64,000 bases of DNA from Tubulanus polymorphus (taxonomy: Eukaryota; Animalia; Nemertea). Of this stretch, positions 49,201-60,334 are shown in pieces. The stretch is taken from contig NC_134026.1 of the NCBI RefSeq assembly GCF_964204645.1, positions 27,748,150 to 27,812,149 of the forward strand, given 5' to 3'. Under the pieces are notes generated by a model. It worked only from the letters and a program-made list of their open reading frames with translations. It was not told the origin of the DNA and made no database searches. A program made the translations under genes and the position numbers. Every line of letters starts with the position of its first letter. Position 1 is the first letter of the stretch.

Positions 49201-52183
49201 CCCATTGTAACCCTACGACATTGACGATTTCATTATTCTCACCCATTGCCTGTTGTTTTATCAACGATCTTAGTTCTGGGTCGTTTGTAGCCCATGATCT
49301 CAAAATAAATCCACCCCTGCTCATAGTATTCGTGGCTTCTTCAAAATATTCAATTGCTTTTTTAGCGTTATGAGAGCCACTGAGAACGTTATCAACGTAT
49401 ATGTTTGATTGCATATCGATTGAGATTTCTGTATTTTCGGACTGTAGATGCGTTTTCACTACAGAATTTAAGATGAATGGTGAGCTAGTGGACCCGAAAA
49501 GTACTGATTTGAAACGATAGACCTTGAAGGGACTATCGGGATCCGTAGGATCTGATAGCCATAGAAATTTTGTGAAATTTCTATCGTTTTCACCGAGTTT
49601 TACATTTAAAAATGCCTTTTCAATATCACTTGTAAATGCGACGTTATTCGTGCGAAAGCGGATTAATATCTGCACAAGATCATTTATTAATGAAGGACCG
49701 CTTTCGAGACAGTCGTTCAAACTAGGATTATCCCCTTGTTTACAACTACAATCATAAACAATTCTAATCGGTGTTGTGATTGATTCCTTTTTAACCGAGT
49801 GGTGGGGTATGTAATGGCCCTGGCTCTTGTCATCATTTTCTACTATCTCAATAAATTCGCGTGAAAGTTGCTCTGCTATTATCGCATTATATTTCTGCCT
49901 CAGTTCTGGAGACAAGCGTTTAACCATAGATCTAGTTCTAGCGGTACAAATATCAAAATTGGTAGGGAGCGGTGGATAATCTTCTTTCCAAGGTAAATTC
50001 GCTATATATTTACCACTGGTATCGCGTTTAAGGTAATTGTCTCGATACGTTTCAAAATTCATTGTTTCAGATTTAATCGTTTCCTTGATGCCAATTACTT
50101 CAAGATCCCAGTAGTTAGATAATTTTGAGAATTCATCGTTTGAATGTATAGTATTCAAAAGACAGGTAGTATGGAGTACCGATGTATTCGCATTCAAATT
50201 GATGGGTCCTGATAGAAGGAACCCGAGTTTGGAACTGACAGCTGTCGGGCCAGCTCCTCTAACCACTTCATTCTCTACGATCGACCAGTAATAATCAGCA
50301 CCGATTAATAGATTAATTTCACAATTGCTGGTGTTGACGTACGGTGCTAATGGTAAATTTCGAAGGTACGGGTGATTTGTCACAGCAAGTTTTACATTGT
50401 TCTGAATTGGTGGACATATTTCCGGTACAACTAATGCACGTAAACCAATTTCGCCTTTACGCGTACGAAGTTTTAAATCTATACTCCGTAGAGTACGTGC
50501 CCCAGGCGAATTGTCACCAAAGGTGGAAATACTTACATCTTGCTTTTCAAATTTGTCCAATCGGACACCTAATTCATTTACCGACTTTTTAGTGATGAAT
50601 GAGCACTGCGCTCCTTCGTCAAACAAGATATTTACCGTGGTCGAATTCGAACCATAATTTATTTGACCAATAGCCGATTTCAAGAGAACAGGACTTGAAG
50701 TTGGAGCTATATTGACATGAATATTTTTTGATTCAATATGCGTATCAGTATTTCGATCTATATGAATAGCAGTGTGGTGTTTGCCTTTGCAAACCTTACA
50801 ACGATATTTCGATTGGCAAGCTGTTACCATGTGATTGCCAAAACAGTTATAACACTTACGATTTGCCTTTATGATGTCTTGTCGCTTTTTTGGGTTAACG
50901 ATTATATCGCATGAGAACGCCGTATGTGGACCCTTGCAGAACGCGCAACTGTTGTTTTTCGAGGCCGGATTTTTCCTCGTTTTAGTGCTTATATGAAGAG
51001 CGGATAATTTTTCATTATCGAAGTTGACGCAGCTCGCTCCTGCCTGTGTAGCTTGTATTTCCTTTCGGATCGCGTCGCGTAGTTCTTTAAGTGTCCAGGC
51101 GCGGTCTCCGTGCTCCCGTGAAATTTGTGTTTTGACGGGACTCGGTAGCTTATCGAAGACTACCGGAACGAGTATGTCACCGAACGCATCTTCCGATTTC
51201 CCGAGCGCGCGCAATCCTCGAATATATGTTTCCAAAGAATCGTAAAATTCGCGTAGACTCTCGTGATCCTGCGGTGGCTGCAAATCTAATAAAGCTCTGA
51301 TGTACGCGTTCACGATCTTGTGAGGTTGACCGTATCTTTCTACTAAGATCGTCAGAGCTTCTTTGTAGTTAGCGCTAGTTATTTGCAGACCTTCTATGGT
51401 ACGCGCTGCTTCGTCAGTGAGTTGTGCGACCAAATATTGAAACTTCTGGATATCGTCCAAATGCGGATCGCTATCGACGGCTGAGATGAAATTATCGTAG
51501 AAAGTAGACCATTTCAAAATGTCACCATCGAAATTTGGGAGAGCCAATTTTGGTAGATTGACTTTTTTACTGCCGGTTGAGGTAGTACTGCTTCGATTGA
51601 TGGTACTTACAGATTCGTTTAGCGATTGTGGTTTTGGTATCTTCGCTAGTAGATTATCCAAGTTCAGTTTGAATCGACCGAGTTTGATTTGTATCTCAGT
51701 GAGATAATCATCTGATTCAACTATAGTGTTAGTTAACTCGGTTTCATCAGCGATTTCATCCATTAATTGTTGGTCTAATTGTCGTAAATATTCGAATTTT
51801 GTGAACAGCGCGTCGATTAAAGTGGAGAACGGTTGAACAGTTTCCAGAGTTCTTGAACTTTCATCGACGAGTAGAATCTCTGCTAGTTTTTCTTCCGTTT
51901 TTCCGAAAATCTTCGTCATTTGGCCCCGTTGGGCCCTTCTGATTGCCGTTAGCCTTCCTTCTGACCCCATCCTGGTCACGGCACCAAAATGTCGTGAAAG
52001 GTTCGATTCGACCAGAGGGGACAGATCCGAGAGAAAGAAGCAACACGTCTGGTTACTACGAAACCTTGGAAGTGACTGATTTTATTTCACATAGATGGAG
52101 AATAAACATAAACAAGATGTCATCCACAGTAAATATATAAACACAAACCAGATGAGCGGCTTAGTAACCGAACTTTCGAAACA
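46270..52183 (-). mobile_element. Full-length BEL/Pao LTR retrotransposon (5914 bp)
   Basis: 194-bp LTRs TG...CA at 46270-46463 and 51990-52183, identical by eye; 5-bp TSD TAGGG (46265-46269, 52184-52188); PBS TGGTGCCGTGACCAGGAT complementary to tRNA-His (51969-51986); PPT-like GCCGCCGGGAG next to the 3' LTR. Confidence 0.97.
46643..51970 (-). CDS. BEL/Pao Gag-Pol polyprotein, ~1775 aa, uninterrupted
   Basis: DUF1759-like gag (LPKLALPNFDGDILKW), three Cys/His knuckles, aspartic protease LFDEGAQ, RT (SDIEKAF, LFG, YVDN), RNase H (HIFADAS, WSDS), integrase (H..H..C..C, GVDF, SDNG, YERL), DUF5641-like tail. First ATG at 51970. Confidence 0.95.
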   Translation of the reverse strand: MGSEGRLTAIRRAQRGQMTKIFGKTEEKLAEILLVDESSRTLETVQPFSTLIDALFTKFEYLRQLDQQLMDEIADETELTNTIVESDDYLTEIQIKLGRFKLNLDNLLAKIPKPQSLNESVSTINRSSTTSTGSKKVNLPKLALPNFDGDILKWSTFYDNFISAVDSDPHLDDIQKFQYLVAQLTDEAARTIEGLQITSANYKEALTILVERYGQPHKIVNAYIRALLDLQPPQDHESLREFYDSLETYIRGLRALGKSEDAFGDILVPVVFDKLPSPVKTQISREHGDRAWTLKELRDAIRKEIQATQAGASCVNFDNEKLSALHISTKTRKNPASKNNSCAFCKGPHTAFSCDIIVNPKKRQDIIKANRKCYNCFGNHMVTACQSKYRCKVCKGKHHTAIHIDRNTDTHIESKNIHVNIAPTSSPVLLKSAIGQINYGSNSTTVNILFDEGAQCSFITKKSVNELGVRLDKFEKQDVSISTFGDNSPGARTLRSIDLKLRTRKGEIGLRALVVPEICPPIQNNVKLAVTNHPYLRNLPLAPYVNTSNCEINLLIGADYYWSIVENEVVRGAGPTAVSSKLGFLLSGPINLNANTSVLHTTCLLNTIHSNDEFSKLSNYWDLEVIGIKETIKSETMNFETYRDNYLKRDTSGKYIANLPWKEDYPPLPTNFDICTARTRSMVKRLSPELRQKYNAIIAEQLSREFIEIVENDDKSQGHYIPHHSVKKESITTPIRIVYDCSCKQGDNPSLNDCLESGPSLINDLVQILIRFRTNNVAFTSDIEKAFLNVKLGENDRNFTKFLWLSDPTDPDSPFKVYRFKSVLFGSTSSPFILNSVVKTHLQSENTEISIDMQSNIYVDNVLSGSHNAKKAIEYFEEATNTMSRGGFILRSWATNDPELRSLIKQQAMGENNEIVNVVGLQWDTISDTLQFSKAIKDPAMCTQSVVSKREVVSVTASLFDPLGLLSPVHIQAKMFIQKLWQSKQTWDEPLSDELSSLWFEIHQQLYACQHTAIQRPYFGQPTSECELHIFADASPNAYGAVAYLKTDKSTSIIMAKSRVKPLKEVTIPRLELLAALIAARLAKFIRDAFDKSNLSLTKCVLWSDSQITIHWIRSEKKLPTFVENRVREIRSVKFDIINYCPTKDNPADLLTRGINTQDLDNSRLWWFGPTWLPNGDWPIDRLNNSTVLFCSVNNSESHSQQCAELASTNSISVLSTTATPSEPSGIQKVIDVEQFNSLNKLLRVTACVLRFISIMKKTCQPRHNHITVPEIRLARTTWVRSLQDDEFSNEIKCIQKGGRSTQLTKQLNLFTDKEGLIRCGGRFQNANLNYNAKYPILLPSKHPYTKLVISDAHKMVLHSGLQSTLCYIRQSYWIPRIRKIVSPIIRKCSVCIRHDGKSYRAPITPPLPACRLKEAPPFTITGVDFTGHLYYRTKHSKQNKAYICLFTCAVSRAIHLEIVTDLTPASFMRAFRRFASRRSLPSQLISDNGSTFLSAENDIKEIFKSTKVRNFLSNKLVTWTFIPKRAPWFGGFYERLVGITKYTLKKVVGRACITLDELSTLIIEIEATIDDRPLTYMTNDDDEIIPLTPSHLICGRMITLLPQPVVEENELIDPNFNLPPIGFSDANKRMKYLDSLFQDYWIRWRNEYLPTLRENHCQTLKRGGITENHVKIGDIVIVHDDSKKRIFWQLAIIEGLNKGNDGLVRSAVIRTKNGITNRPLKKLYPLEINSDSGEKMNDESSPLISNIQPPMKIKRNAALNARNKIKNWCDKLVD

Positions 52184-52284
52184 TAGGGCTTTAAACCGAG
52201 TATAATTATGTAGAGATCTAAATTTAGTGAAATTATTTTCCATTCGGAGTAATTGGATATGCGCTCCTGCAGTTAACTCGAATA

Positions 52285-52950
52285 ATGAATTTTACTCAGA
52301 TGCAAGTTGCGAGATCTTACAGCAATTACTGTACTGATGTCTGTTGAAAATAGGTCTGGAATCTCTCGTACTGTATCATTGGTCATTCTGGCTGTCTTTC
52401 TCCTGTCAGGAGCCTTCGGAAATTCAGCTACTTTCCTGATAATGATAAGTCGCAAATTCCGCAGTTTATCTTACGCTAACTATCTGATCGTTTTGTCTTT
52501 CAGTGATTTGATGGTTTGTTTCGATTTTACGCTGATGCCCGTTTTACAGTTTGTTCTCTTGCATCGAAACACCAGGCCAGTATACATGATGAATTCACTG
52601 ATCAGTTGTCGATGGTATAAATCTCTAATGGATTGTATGGGAGCTTGCAGCGCTTGGTTAATAGTAGCGATCTCTCTAGAACGAGCAGCAGTTGTTCTCT
52701 TTCCGTTCACATCTCGTTTGATATGTACACCGAGATTTGCCCGCTACACCATTGGGATTATTTTTGTAATGAATGCATTGATAATTGGTATTTACCCATC
52801 AGTAATTATGAAGTTTTCTTCGCACTTACTCGGTTGTTACTATGAAATATATCAACAATTCATATTTTTTATGTCTTATGTAACACACGTTTATATTATA
52901 CCGTTATCTTTTATCATAACATCAAATTTTGTTATAATAATTCAGTTATT
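52285..52950 (+). pseudogene. Truncated, frameshifted paralogue of the adjacent class A GPCR
   Basis: ATG at 52285 aligns with the paralogue N-terminus (MNFTQMQVARSYSNY vs MNYSTQIQIARSYANY) but loses frame at ~52330. Homology ends after TM5 (VIIIQL, ~52950), so TM6-TM7 are missing. Confidence 0.8.
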
Positions 52951-53382
52951 AATAAATTTTTGTATCTTTTTATTTGTACTTGAATTTTTGAGGGCAACGA
53001 GCCTCCAATTCGAGTAAACCCTCGAATGTACTGAATGGCTCACTTGTAATTTATAATTCATAAAAACTGTTCGTTTTAAAGGAGATAAATTAAGAAATAT
53101 TATACTAACTATTACATTCTACGTCCAGTGTATATATCTATATTTAGTTTTTCAAAACAATCAAATCTGATTTAATACAAACCGAAGCGTCTGTTATGAT
53201 TAGAATTTAATGATCGCCACCAAACAACCGAATTAGCTTAATAGGTAACAATGACGTCATGGTATGATGACCATGGCTTGAGTCCTAGAGTCAGAAGATT
53301 GCTATATCAGAAAATTGCAAAAGTTTATTTTTGATGTGACCAGCATTCAATATTGTGTATGAATTACACAATTTATAAAGAA

Positions 53383-53520
53383 CGTTGTAATTTCCTGTAT
53401 TTTTGCGGATTTCAGAAAATAGAATAAAACAAACGTACTCTGTATTAATGCACGATACAGAGTACCTTAGTTTTTATTTTCTGAAATCCTCAACAAGCAA
53501 AAATACAGGAAATTACAACG
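53383..53520. mobile_element. 138-bp foldback/MITE
   Basis: CGTTGTAATTTCCTGTATTTTTGC ... GCAAAAATACAGGAAATTACAACG, with inner arms GGATTTCAGAAAATA/TATTTTCTGAAATCC and GTACTCTGTAT/ATACAGAGTAC. Confidence 0.8.
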
Positions 53521-53884
53521 AGGCTCATAGATGAAGTTTTGTGGAAGCTTAGATCCTACAATATCCCAGCAATATACTTTGAAAATGCAGTAATATTTCT
53601 ATCAAAGGGTGGATTCATAGTCATGTTTTCGCACATCAATTTGGTGACTACAAAACTCTTATAGAGTCGTGGAATGATCTGCTTAATGAATGTATGATAC
53701 ACAATGTGTCAAATTTCAGAGAATTGATTTTCATTTTCGTCTTTCATTTCTGAAAACCTTAGAAATCTAAATCGAATGAAATTATTTTCTGTACCACACA
53801 GATTAATTGGAGGCACGCGTGTCTCCAGTTTAACTCGACACTGAGATTAGTGATAGATACTCGAGGATCGTTTCTCCTGGAACT

Positions 53885-54838
53885 ATGAATTATTCTACTC
53901 AGATACAAATTGCGAGATCTTACGCCAATTACATCGTTCTATTATCAGTCGCAAACAGGTCTGGAATCTACCGTACTGCATCACTGATCATTCTACCGGT
54001 CGCTTTCCTGTTAGGAACCTTTGGAAACGCGGCTACAACCATGATAATGCTAAGTCGTAGATTTCGCAGTTTATCTTACGCTAACTATCTGATCGTTTTG
54101 TCAGTCAGTGATTTTATGGCTTGTTTCGGTTTATCACTGATGCCTGTTTTACAGTTTGTTCTCTTGAATCTAAAAACTGGACCGATATACCTGATGACTT
54201 CACTGTTCGGTTGTAAACTCTATGAATCTCTGATGGATTGTATGGCTTCAAGCAGCGCCTGGTTCATAGTGGCGATATCTCTAGAACGTGCGGCAGTTGT
54301 GCTCTTCCCGTTCACATCTCGTTTGATATGTACACCGAGATTCGCTCGATGTGTCATTGTTTTCATTTTCACGATGAATTCACTAGTTGTCGGTATTTAC
54401 CCAGCTATAATAATGAAGTTTTCTGACGAGGTCTTCGGATGTTACTATGCCCTCTTTCAGCAATTCATATTTTTTATGTCATATACTATACATGTTTATA
54501 TCATACCCTTATCGTTGATAATTTCATCAAATGTTGTCATAATAATTCAGTTATTTAGAGGTTCAAAAATGGTTTCGTCCGATAAGAAAACAACAAAAGC
54601 AAAACGTACAACAATAATGCTTGTCACAGTTTCACTAGCATTCGCGATGTTTACACTGCCAAACGCTATTACAATACTGATCCCTCTACCCGCCGACAAA
54701 AATGAATTTATTTTAGATATATCCGCCCTCTTTCTTATGTGTAATTACTCAATAAATTTTTACATATATCTTCTGCTTGGACGAGAAATTCGTGAATATT
54801 TTTTCGCAAAATTTTACTGTAGAAATTCACTGAAATAA
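53885..54838 (+). CDS. Intronless rhodopsin-like (class A) GPCR, peptide-receptor-like, 317 aa
   Basis: Seven hydrophobic segments; GN in TM1, LSVSD in TM2, C at the TM3 start, SLERAAVVLFP (DRY equivalent), FTLP in TM6, NYSINFYIY (NPxxY equivalent). Confidence 0.9.
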   Translation: MNYSTQIQIARSYANYIVLLSVANRSGIYRTASLIILPVAFLLGTFGNAATTMIMLSRRFRSLSYANYLIVLSVSDFMACFGLSLMPVLQFVLLNLKTGPIYLMTSLFGCKLYESLMDCMASSSAWFIVAISLERAAVVLFPFTSRLICTPRFARCVIVFIFTMNSLVVGIYPAIIMKFSDEVFGCYYALFQQFIFFMSYTIHVYIIPLSLIISSNVVIIIQLFRGSKMVSSDKKTTKAKRTTIMLVTVSLAFAMFTLPNAITILIPLPADKNEFILDISALFLMCNYSINFYIYLLLGREIREYFFAKFYCRNSLK

Positions 54839-54916
54839 CCGTTGATTTCTAGTTTCATTCAATCATACGAGTTCCAAACTGGTTTCACACAGAAACCCTC
54901 AGATTTTACGTCCAGT

Positions 54917-55058
54917 TGTCGTCGAATGAAAAACTCTAATCCGTGCATATTGTAGTTTAATTAAAGAAATCCCACAATTCAAATTTTATATGAGATAATT
55001 TATTAGAATGAAACCACAACGTTTCGGCTGTTGACTAACACAGCCATCATCAGGTGGG
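54917..55058 (-). mobile_element. 142-bp Penelope-like insertion carrying a minimal type I hammerhead ribozyme, flanked by a 12-bp direct repeat
   Basis: TTTACGTCCAGT at 54905-54916 and 55059-55070. Minus strand CCAC-CTGATGA-TGGCTGTGTTAGTCAACAGCC-GAAAC-GTT-GTGG (55057-55014), followed by AATAAA. Confidence 0.75.
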
Positions 55059-57380
55059 TTTACGTCCAGTGAAAATACAACTTAGGCTAGAATATTTAGT
55101 TTTTTTTCAAGAATATGAAGTCTGTGTACGATTCTATTGTCGCTACAGTGGTTTTATTAGGTTTGAGATGAATTCTAGCAGTATTATAAATCACACAAAC
55201 ACATTTTATCACATCACAAATCACGAAACGATTTAACGCTAATCAATTAATCATTAATTTATATAACTCAAATTCAATGATGTTTCTAACTCGCGCAGTT
55301 TCTGTCAGAACTTACTCGTAATGAATCAACATTATTATTGTTAGTTTTTAAATGATGTTACTGTAAATATGACTCTATTTCCTATTCTTGATGTGGATAT
55401 TTTATATCATATATTGTTACAAAACGGAGAGTATCAATGGTTACGGTTTGCCGGTCTTCCAAAGTATTTATTTTATGGTAATAATTCATTTATATACATT
55501 TTGTACATAGGCATTTCAGAAATACGAGTACACTTTGGTAGATTTAATTGATTTCCATTTTAGTGGTCAAAGATAATTTCACTCAGGTGCGACGACACTG
55601 TGTTAATTTTTACAGACAATTATACTACTAAGCGGAACGAAGATACATGTTTGGGTCGCTCGAACCACGTTTAGAGTCCATGATACGACTTATAAAACCT
55701 GAATGAGATAATATCATTCTAGTATTGCAATGGGTAATGAATTTCTACTCTATCTTAACGTATTGTCTAAATATATCGACAGTACCGGTGCTTTCACTGA
55801 ATTTACAGATGCATGTATTCTCCAGTTCTCCCTCAGGAGGTCATCGGCTACATTTACCGAAAGCATGAAGAAAATAAAAACAATGATTTTTACAAGAGAA
55901 ACAATCTCATGTAATTAATCATGAAATGTTAACACCAAAAGAAGGAAAATAAACTTTCGGACCAAAAAGTGCTATCACAGGATACTGGGTGCCACTTTTA
56001 AAGGCAAAGTTTACTATTCCAGGACTCTGCTTCTGCATATAAAAATCAAACCGATCATCAGTGGAAATATCAAATTAGCGGGGGATGAAATATACATACC
56101 GTCAAAAAATATTGCCGAGGAATTTCGAAGGGCACTTAAAATTTTAAACCGTATTGGGCAATACGGTCTGGATCCACCCCTGATGGATATAGTGACGATC
56201 AAAAAGATCGCTAATTTCGTAATTACTCTTCGGCAGCTCAACACTCGCTTCTAACCGGTCAACAAGTGTCAGTACTCCTGAGGTACTCAACGTTAAATGA
56301 ATTTACCACTCTGAATCAGTATCAGTAATTACCGGGTTCGAACCCGGGACACCCCTGTACATCCTGTATTCAGTGTCAGGAACCCCTGAATCAGTACCAA
56401 TAATTACAGGGTCAAAGAGAAATACAGCTGTGGGATCGATGGATAGAGGGGTTAGGATGGAAGGAATGTGTTTGCTTCTAGTTTACGTAGCAAATCCTGA
56501 ATAATTGAAGAAATAACAAAGGAAAACTTTCTATGGATCTATATCATCACTTTTAATTCATTGATCTATCGTAAAAGATGTTTACCCCTAATTTTCCTGC
56601 ACGGAACAGCTTTAAATCTAATCACAAACAGCAGTTTTTATCATATCCAGAATTAGATTTGCATTATTTTTCTGTTTAAATTTGTTTGCGTTTTAATGAC
56701 TTCAGTAGAAAATGCTCAATTCTAGTTATGTCAATCCTGGCTCCAGGAAAAGTTGTCCCAGCCGCACGAATTAAGGTGACCAAAAGAGCACTGTCCATTC
56801 CACCAATAATTCGGTCAATGAACTAAATGTAATTTTGTCAAACAGGAGTTCCAAACTCCTTGAGATCGGCGCCCCCGGGACCGGGACAAAGGACTCCCTG
56901 AGCCTTTTGCCCAGAGACCGACGGCTCTACTTTTTTATTTATTTACCAGCCCGCTTATAAAGTTGATTTTCAAAACTCGCCTAGGCCGGGGAAATTAAGT
57001 TAAAAAATCGCGTATCCCGCCGCAAACTAAACGAAACCTCCTTTCAAAATTTTCCAACAGACCTGAAGGGACCGGGAACACTTGCAGTAAATCAGAATTT
57101 TTCAAACTTGTTTTGTAGAACTGGTTATGCGTTATTTTTAGATACACGCATTTGAAGAATAACCATACTGACATCGGGCTGGTGACATAGGTGAGCCGTA
57201 ATTTTGCATGTGCTCTTAGCTTTAACTTCATTTATACTGTGATAAGGAACGTCCATGTACAGTGTAAGACCTGAAACTAATTCCATAACGTCCAGTAATT
57301 AGAAATGTCATACACACACTCGTGATCGTAGTTTTAGAATTATCGCTATCGATATGCTAGATGGTACAAACATTTACCCC

Positions 57381-57394
57381 GTCGCCATAGCGAC
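57381..57394. promoter_or_regulatory. RFX X-box-like palindrome
   Basis: GTCGCCATAGCGAC fits the GTYRCCATRGYRAC palindrome; it lies ~85 bp before a strong donor (G/GTGAGT at 57479) upstream of the next gene. Confidence 0.5.
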
Positions 57395-57941
57395 CTAAAA
57401 CAACCAAGACCTAACTCGTAACCTTCTAACATCATCCATAGTGCAACATTCTTACAAGTGACACCGCAAGTGAACATGGTGAGTCTTCTTACTAAATTAC
57501 CAGACAACGAATGGAATATTTTTACAGTGCTGGTTTTAATTCTAATCGTTGTCTCCAGTAGAACTTCATTCGTTGGAAGGTCCCAAGTTCATGGACACAT
57601 TTTTCAGGAACGCTGTAATTCTTTGCATTACCGTTTAATTCGTGTATTCATTTAATGCAGGAATGCATGAATCATTTCTATAATGATTACTGAGTGAACA
57701 AAAGAATAGTATATTCGCATATTCTACTTAATATGATTAATAAAAGGTCGTCGTTTGCTAAGTATTGGAAATTACGTTGCACAGCGTGACTCGAACCATT
57801 TGTTGTCGATATTTGTGTTGACAAGTGCAATACTGAACATTGTCCAGGCTTTATTGCGTTGTGTCCACTGCTGAAAGTTTCAACACGCGTGCCTATGAAA
57901 ACCTGGCATTTTTAAGATTCGGTACGAATTCACCAGATACA

Positions 57942-59105
57942 ATGCGATCAACGAATTACAACCGTTTATTAATTACACCAATACCACAGAGTGCTGGAAC
58001 TGTCGGCACAACATCTAGAAATTCGTCATGTAAAAGCAATCGGGCTTCGAACTCAAACAATTCTTGTTTTCTTTCACAGCCGGTGGAAAAATGGCCTCTA
58101 GATGATTTCCCAATGGATGTCGATATGACGAAGTGTTTACAAACTACGAATGGTTGTCAGGAGTGGAGGAGGGGTAAGATGATCGAATGTGAAAAGGCGC
58201 AGAATCTTAGCGACAACTTGTTGAAATATGGAAAAAGACTTTTTGATAACGCGCTCGATAGACCGAAATCACTGGATAGAGATGCATTAGTTTATCTGCC
58301 ACAAACTGCTGAAAATGCCAGAGCTGTGAGAACACTGAGGACTTCATCTGGACCAACACTCATCGGTAGTCCGATTCATAACGATAAGATCCAGTTGATG
58401 AACCGCATAAGACAAAGACCAGCCACCATGCCTGAAATAAAGCCACTATTCGTGAAAGATCGAACCCGTTTTCCGGCACTCAACCAGCGCATGGAGCTGT
58501 CCAATCAGTATTTGAAAGTACGATATGTCGGCGAAACTAACGAAAAAACATCAACGATGAGTCATCCAGAATTAATGTTACTGGTGGTCGATGAGAATCA
58601 AATGTATACTGGCGGACCAGATGAAGAGGTCGAAGTAGTGGACAACGAGGAAACTGTGCAAGAAATAACTCCACAAGAGCCAGATGCAGTTATACCCCGA
58701 AAATCGGCTTCAAAATCAAAAAGGTAAACGATAAAATATCCATTACCGATTTCTTTTTATGTTTAGATTGACGAAAACATTTGATTCAATTATAAATTAT
58801 TGATTTTTAGGAGGAAAAAGCATTGGGTCGATATGTTAACAGTATCGAGTGTAAAAAGCCAAAATCGTGAGGATTCGACCGTAAAATTAAAAGAAACGGT
58901 GGCATCGCTAGACGATGGGCAACGAAATGGTGAAAATGTGGATTGCGGTTATCTCAATTTAGAGGATTTACAAAACAGAAACTTAAGTTTGCCAGAGTTT
59001 GTTTGTCCCAGTTCTGAGGATAAATCCCGGGAATACGCCGTCAAACAATGGCTTACAAATACAAAATTCAAAAAGTGCCCGAATCACGTTCCCGCCGCGT
59101 TCTGA
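57942..59105 (+). CDS. Uncharacterised hydrophilic protein, 2 coding exons, ~358 aa
   Basis: Exons 57942-58723 and 58811-59105 (GT-AG, sum 1077 nt, in frame); ORF-track segments 57840-58727 and 58800-59105; AATAAA at ~59152. No family recognised. Confidence 0.7.
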
Positions 59106-60094
59106 GTGATAGAAACAGACAAATCGTTGAGGCCGTCCCGTCGTGAGGTTGAATAAACAATCCATTAGACTATTGGAGGGAAACCAAGATCCGAACGACG
59201 TAAAGCAACACTTAAACTGTTTAAGTCTAAAAAAAAAACAAATGCTCTAGAAACGAATTAGAACGCAAAATGTAAATTGGCGCATTATCAGGCGTTAGTT
59301 ACTGTTTCATTGTTATAGATCAATAGGAATTCGATAGAGTAGTACTGATGATTGTTAGTATGAAAAATGGCTTTGTTCGCAATAAAAATATGTATGTATG
59401 TATATGCCCGGTACATAAAGTGAATTTCGAGTTTTGTTTTGTAATGCATGGCCGCCAATTCGCAAACAAATCTACGAACAACGTATTTACCTTATACATT
59501 CAACACAAATGAAATGCCAAACAAAAAACATCATAGAGTTGTTAACATCAAAGTTTATTTTTTAGAGTTACCGGGTAAAAATTTACATAACACATACTAA
59601 CATCTCAAAATCACCATTATTAATTGGCAGATCACATGATTTACTATCATCCGAAAAAGCAACAAATGAACATTTCTGGTCCTGTATTACAATAGATTCC
59701 TCAGCTCAGTACACATGTAGTGGATGATTAAATTGCAAATTTATCCAGATTCATTATTTGAGCAAGTCGGTGGAATTTTATCAGATCCAACCTACAGTTA
59801 GAGTAAACACTAACATAGAGATAAAAACATATAAATGCGAGAGAACACAATATCATTTGCAATTCAAAAATACGAAGGGATCTACGAATTTGCAAGTCAT
59901 ATGTACGACAAAAATTAACACTGGTAGAATGAATTCATCATGTGTTATGTCTTGAAGTGTTTAATTATTTCCTAAGGCCCGTTTCAAGATAAAACATTTC
60001 GGAGTATATACGGTTGGTGTAAGATTTAAGTCGCTTGAAAGAAACCCCCAAACCTGAGATAAAGATAAATATTGTATTAAAAATGAAGACAGGA

Positions 60095-60202
60095 ATCTGA
60101 GACTAACAAGCGTTTAGCCCGGAGTCAAGTATCTGAGACTAACAAGCGTTTAGCCCGGAGTCAAGTATCTGAGACTAACAAGCGTTTAGCCCGGAGTCAA
60201 GT
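60095..60202. repeat. 36-bp perfect tandem repeat, 3 copies
   Basis: ATCTGAGACTAACAAGCGTTTAGCCCGGAGTCAAGT at 60095, 60131, 60167 with no spacers. Confidence 0.95.
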
Positions 60203-60334
60203 GCCTCAGATAATCGCAGGCCACGGATAATATATTACAAATTTCCTTACTCCATTTCACCGTGATAATAACCCGTCCCTGCTCCGGCTGTCTCGGAATT
60301 CATGTGCCTTAGAGAGAATCTATTGTTCCCACTA

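Noticed and set aside
48844-52140. Short overlapping and antisense ORFs within the BEL/Pao element
   Set aside because: They are shadow frames of the long polyprotein or LTR with no independent motifs.
60095-60202. 36-bp repeats as a CRISPR array
   Set aside because: Copies are head-to-tail with no spacers, the context is eukaryotic, and there are no cas genes.
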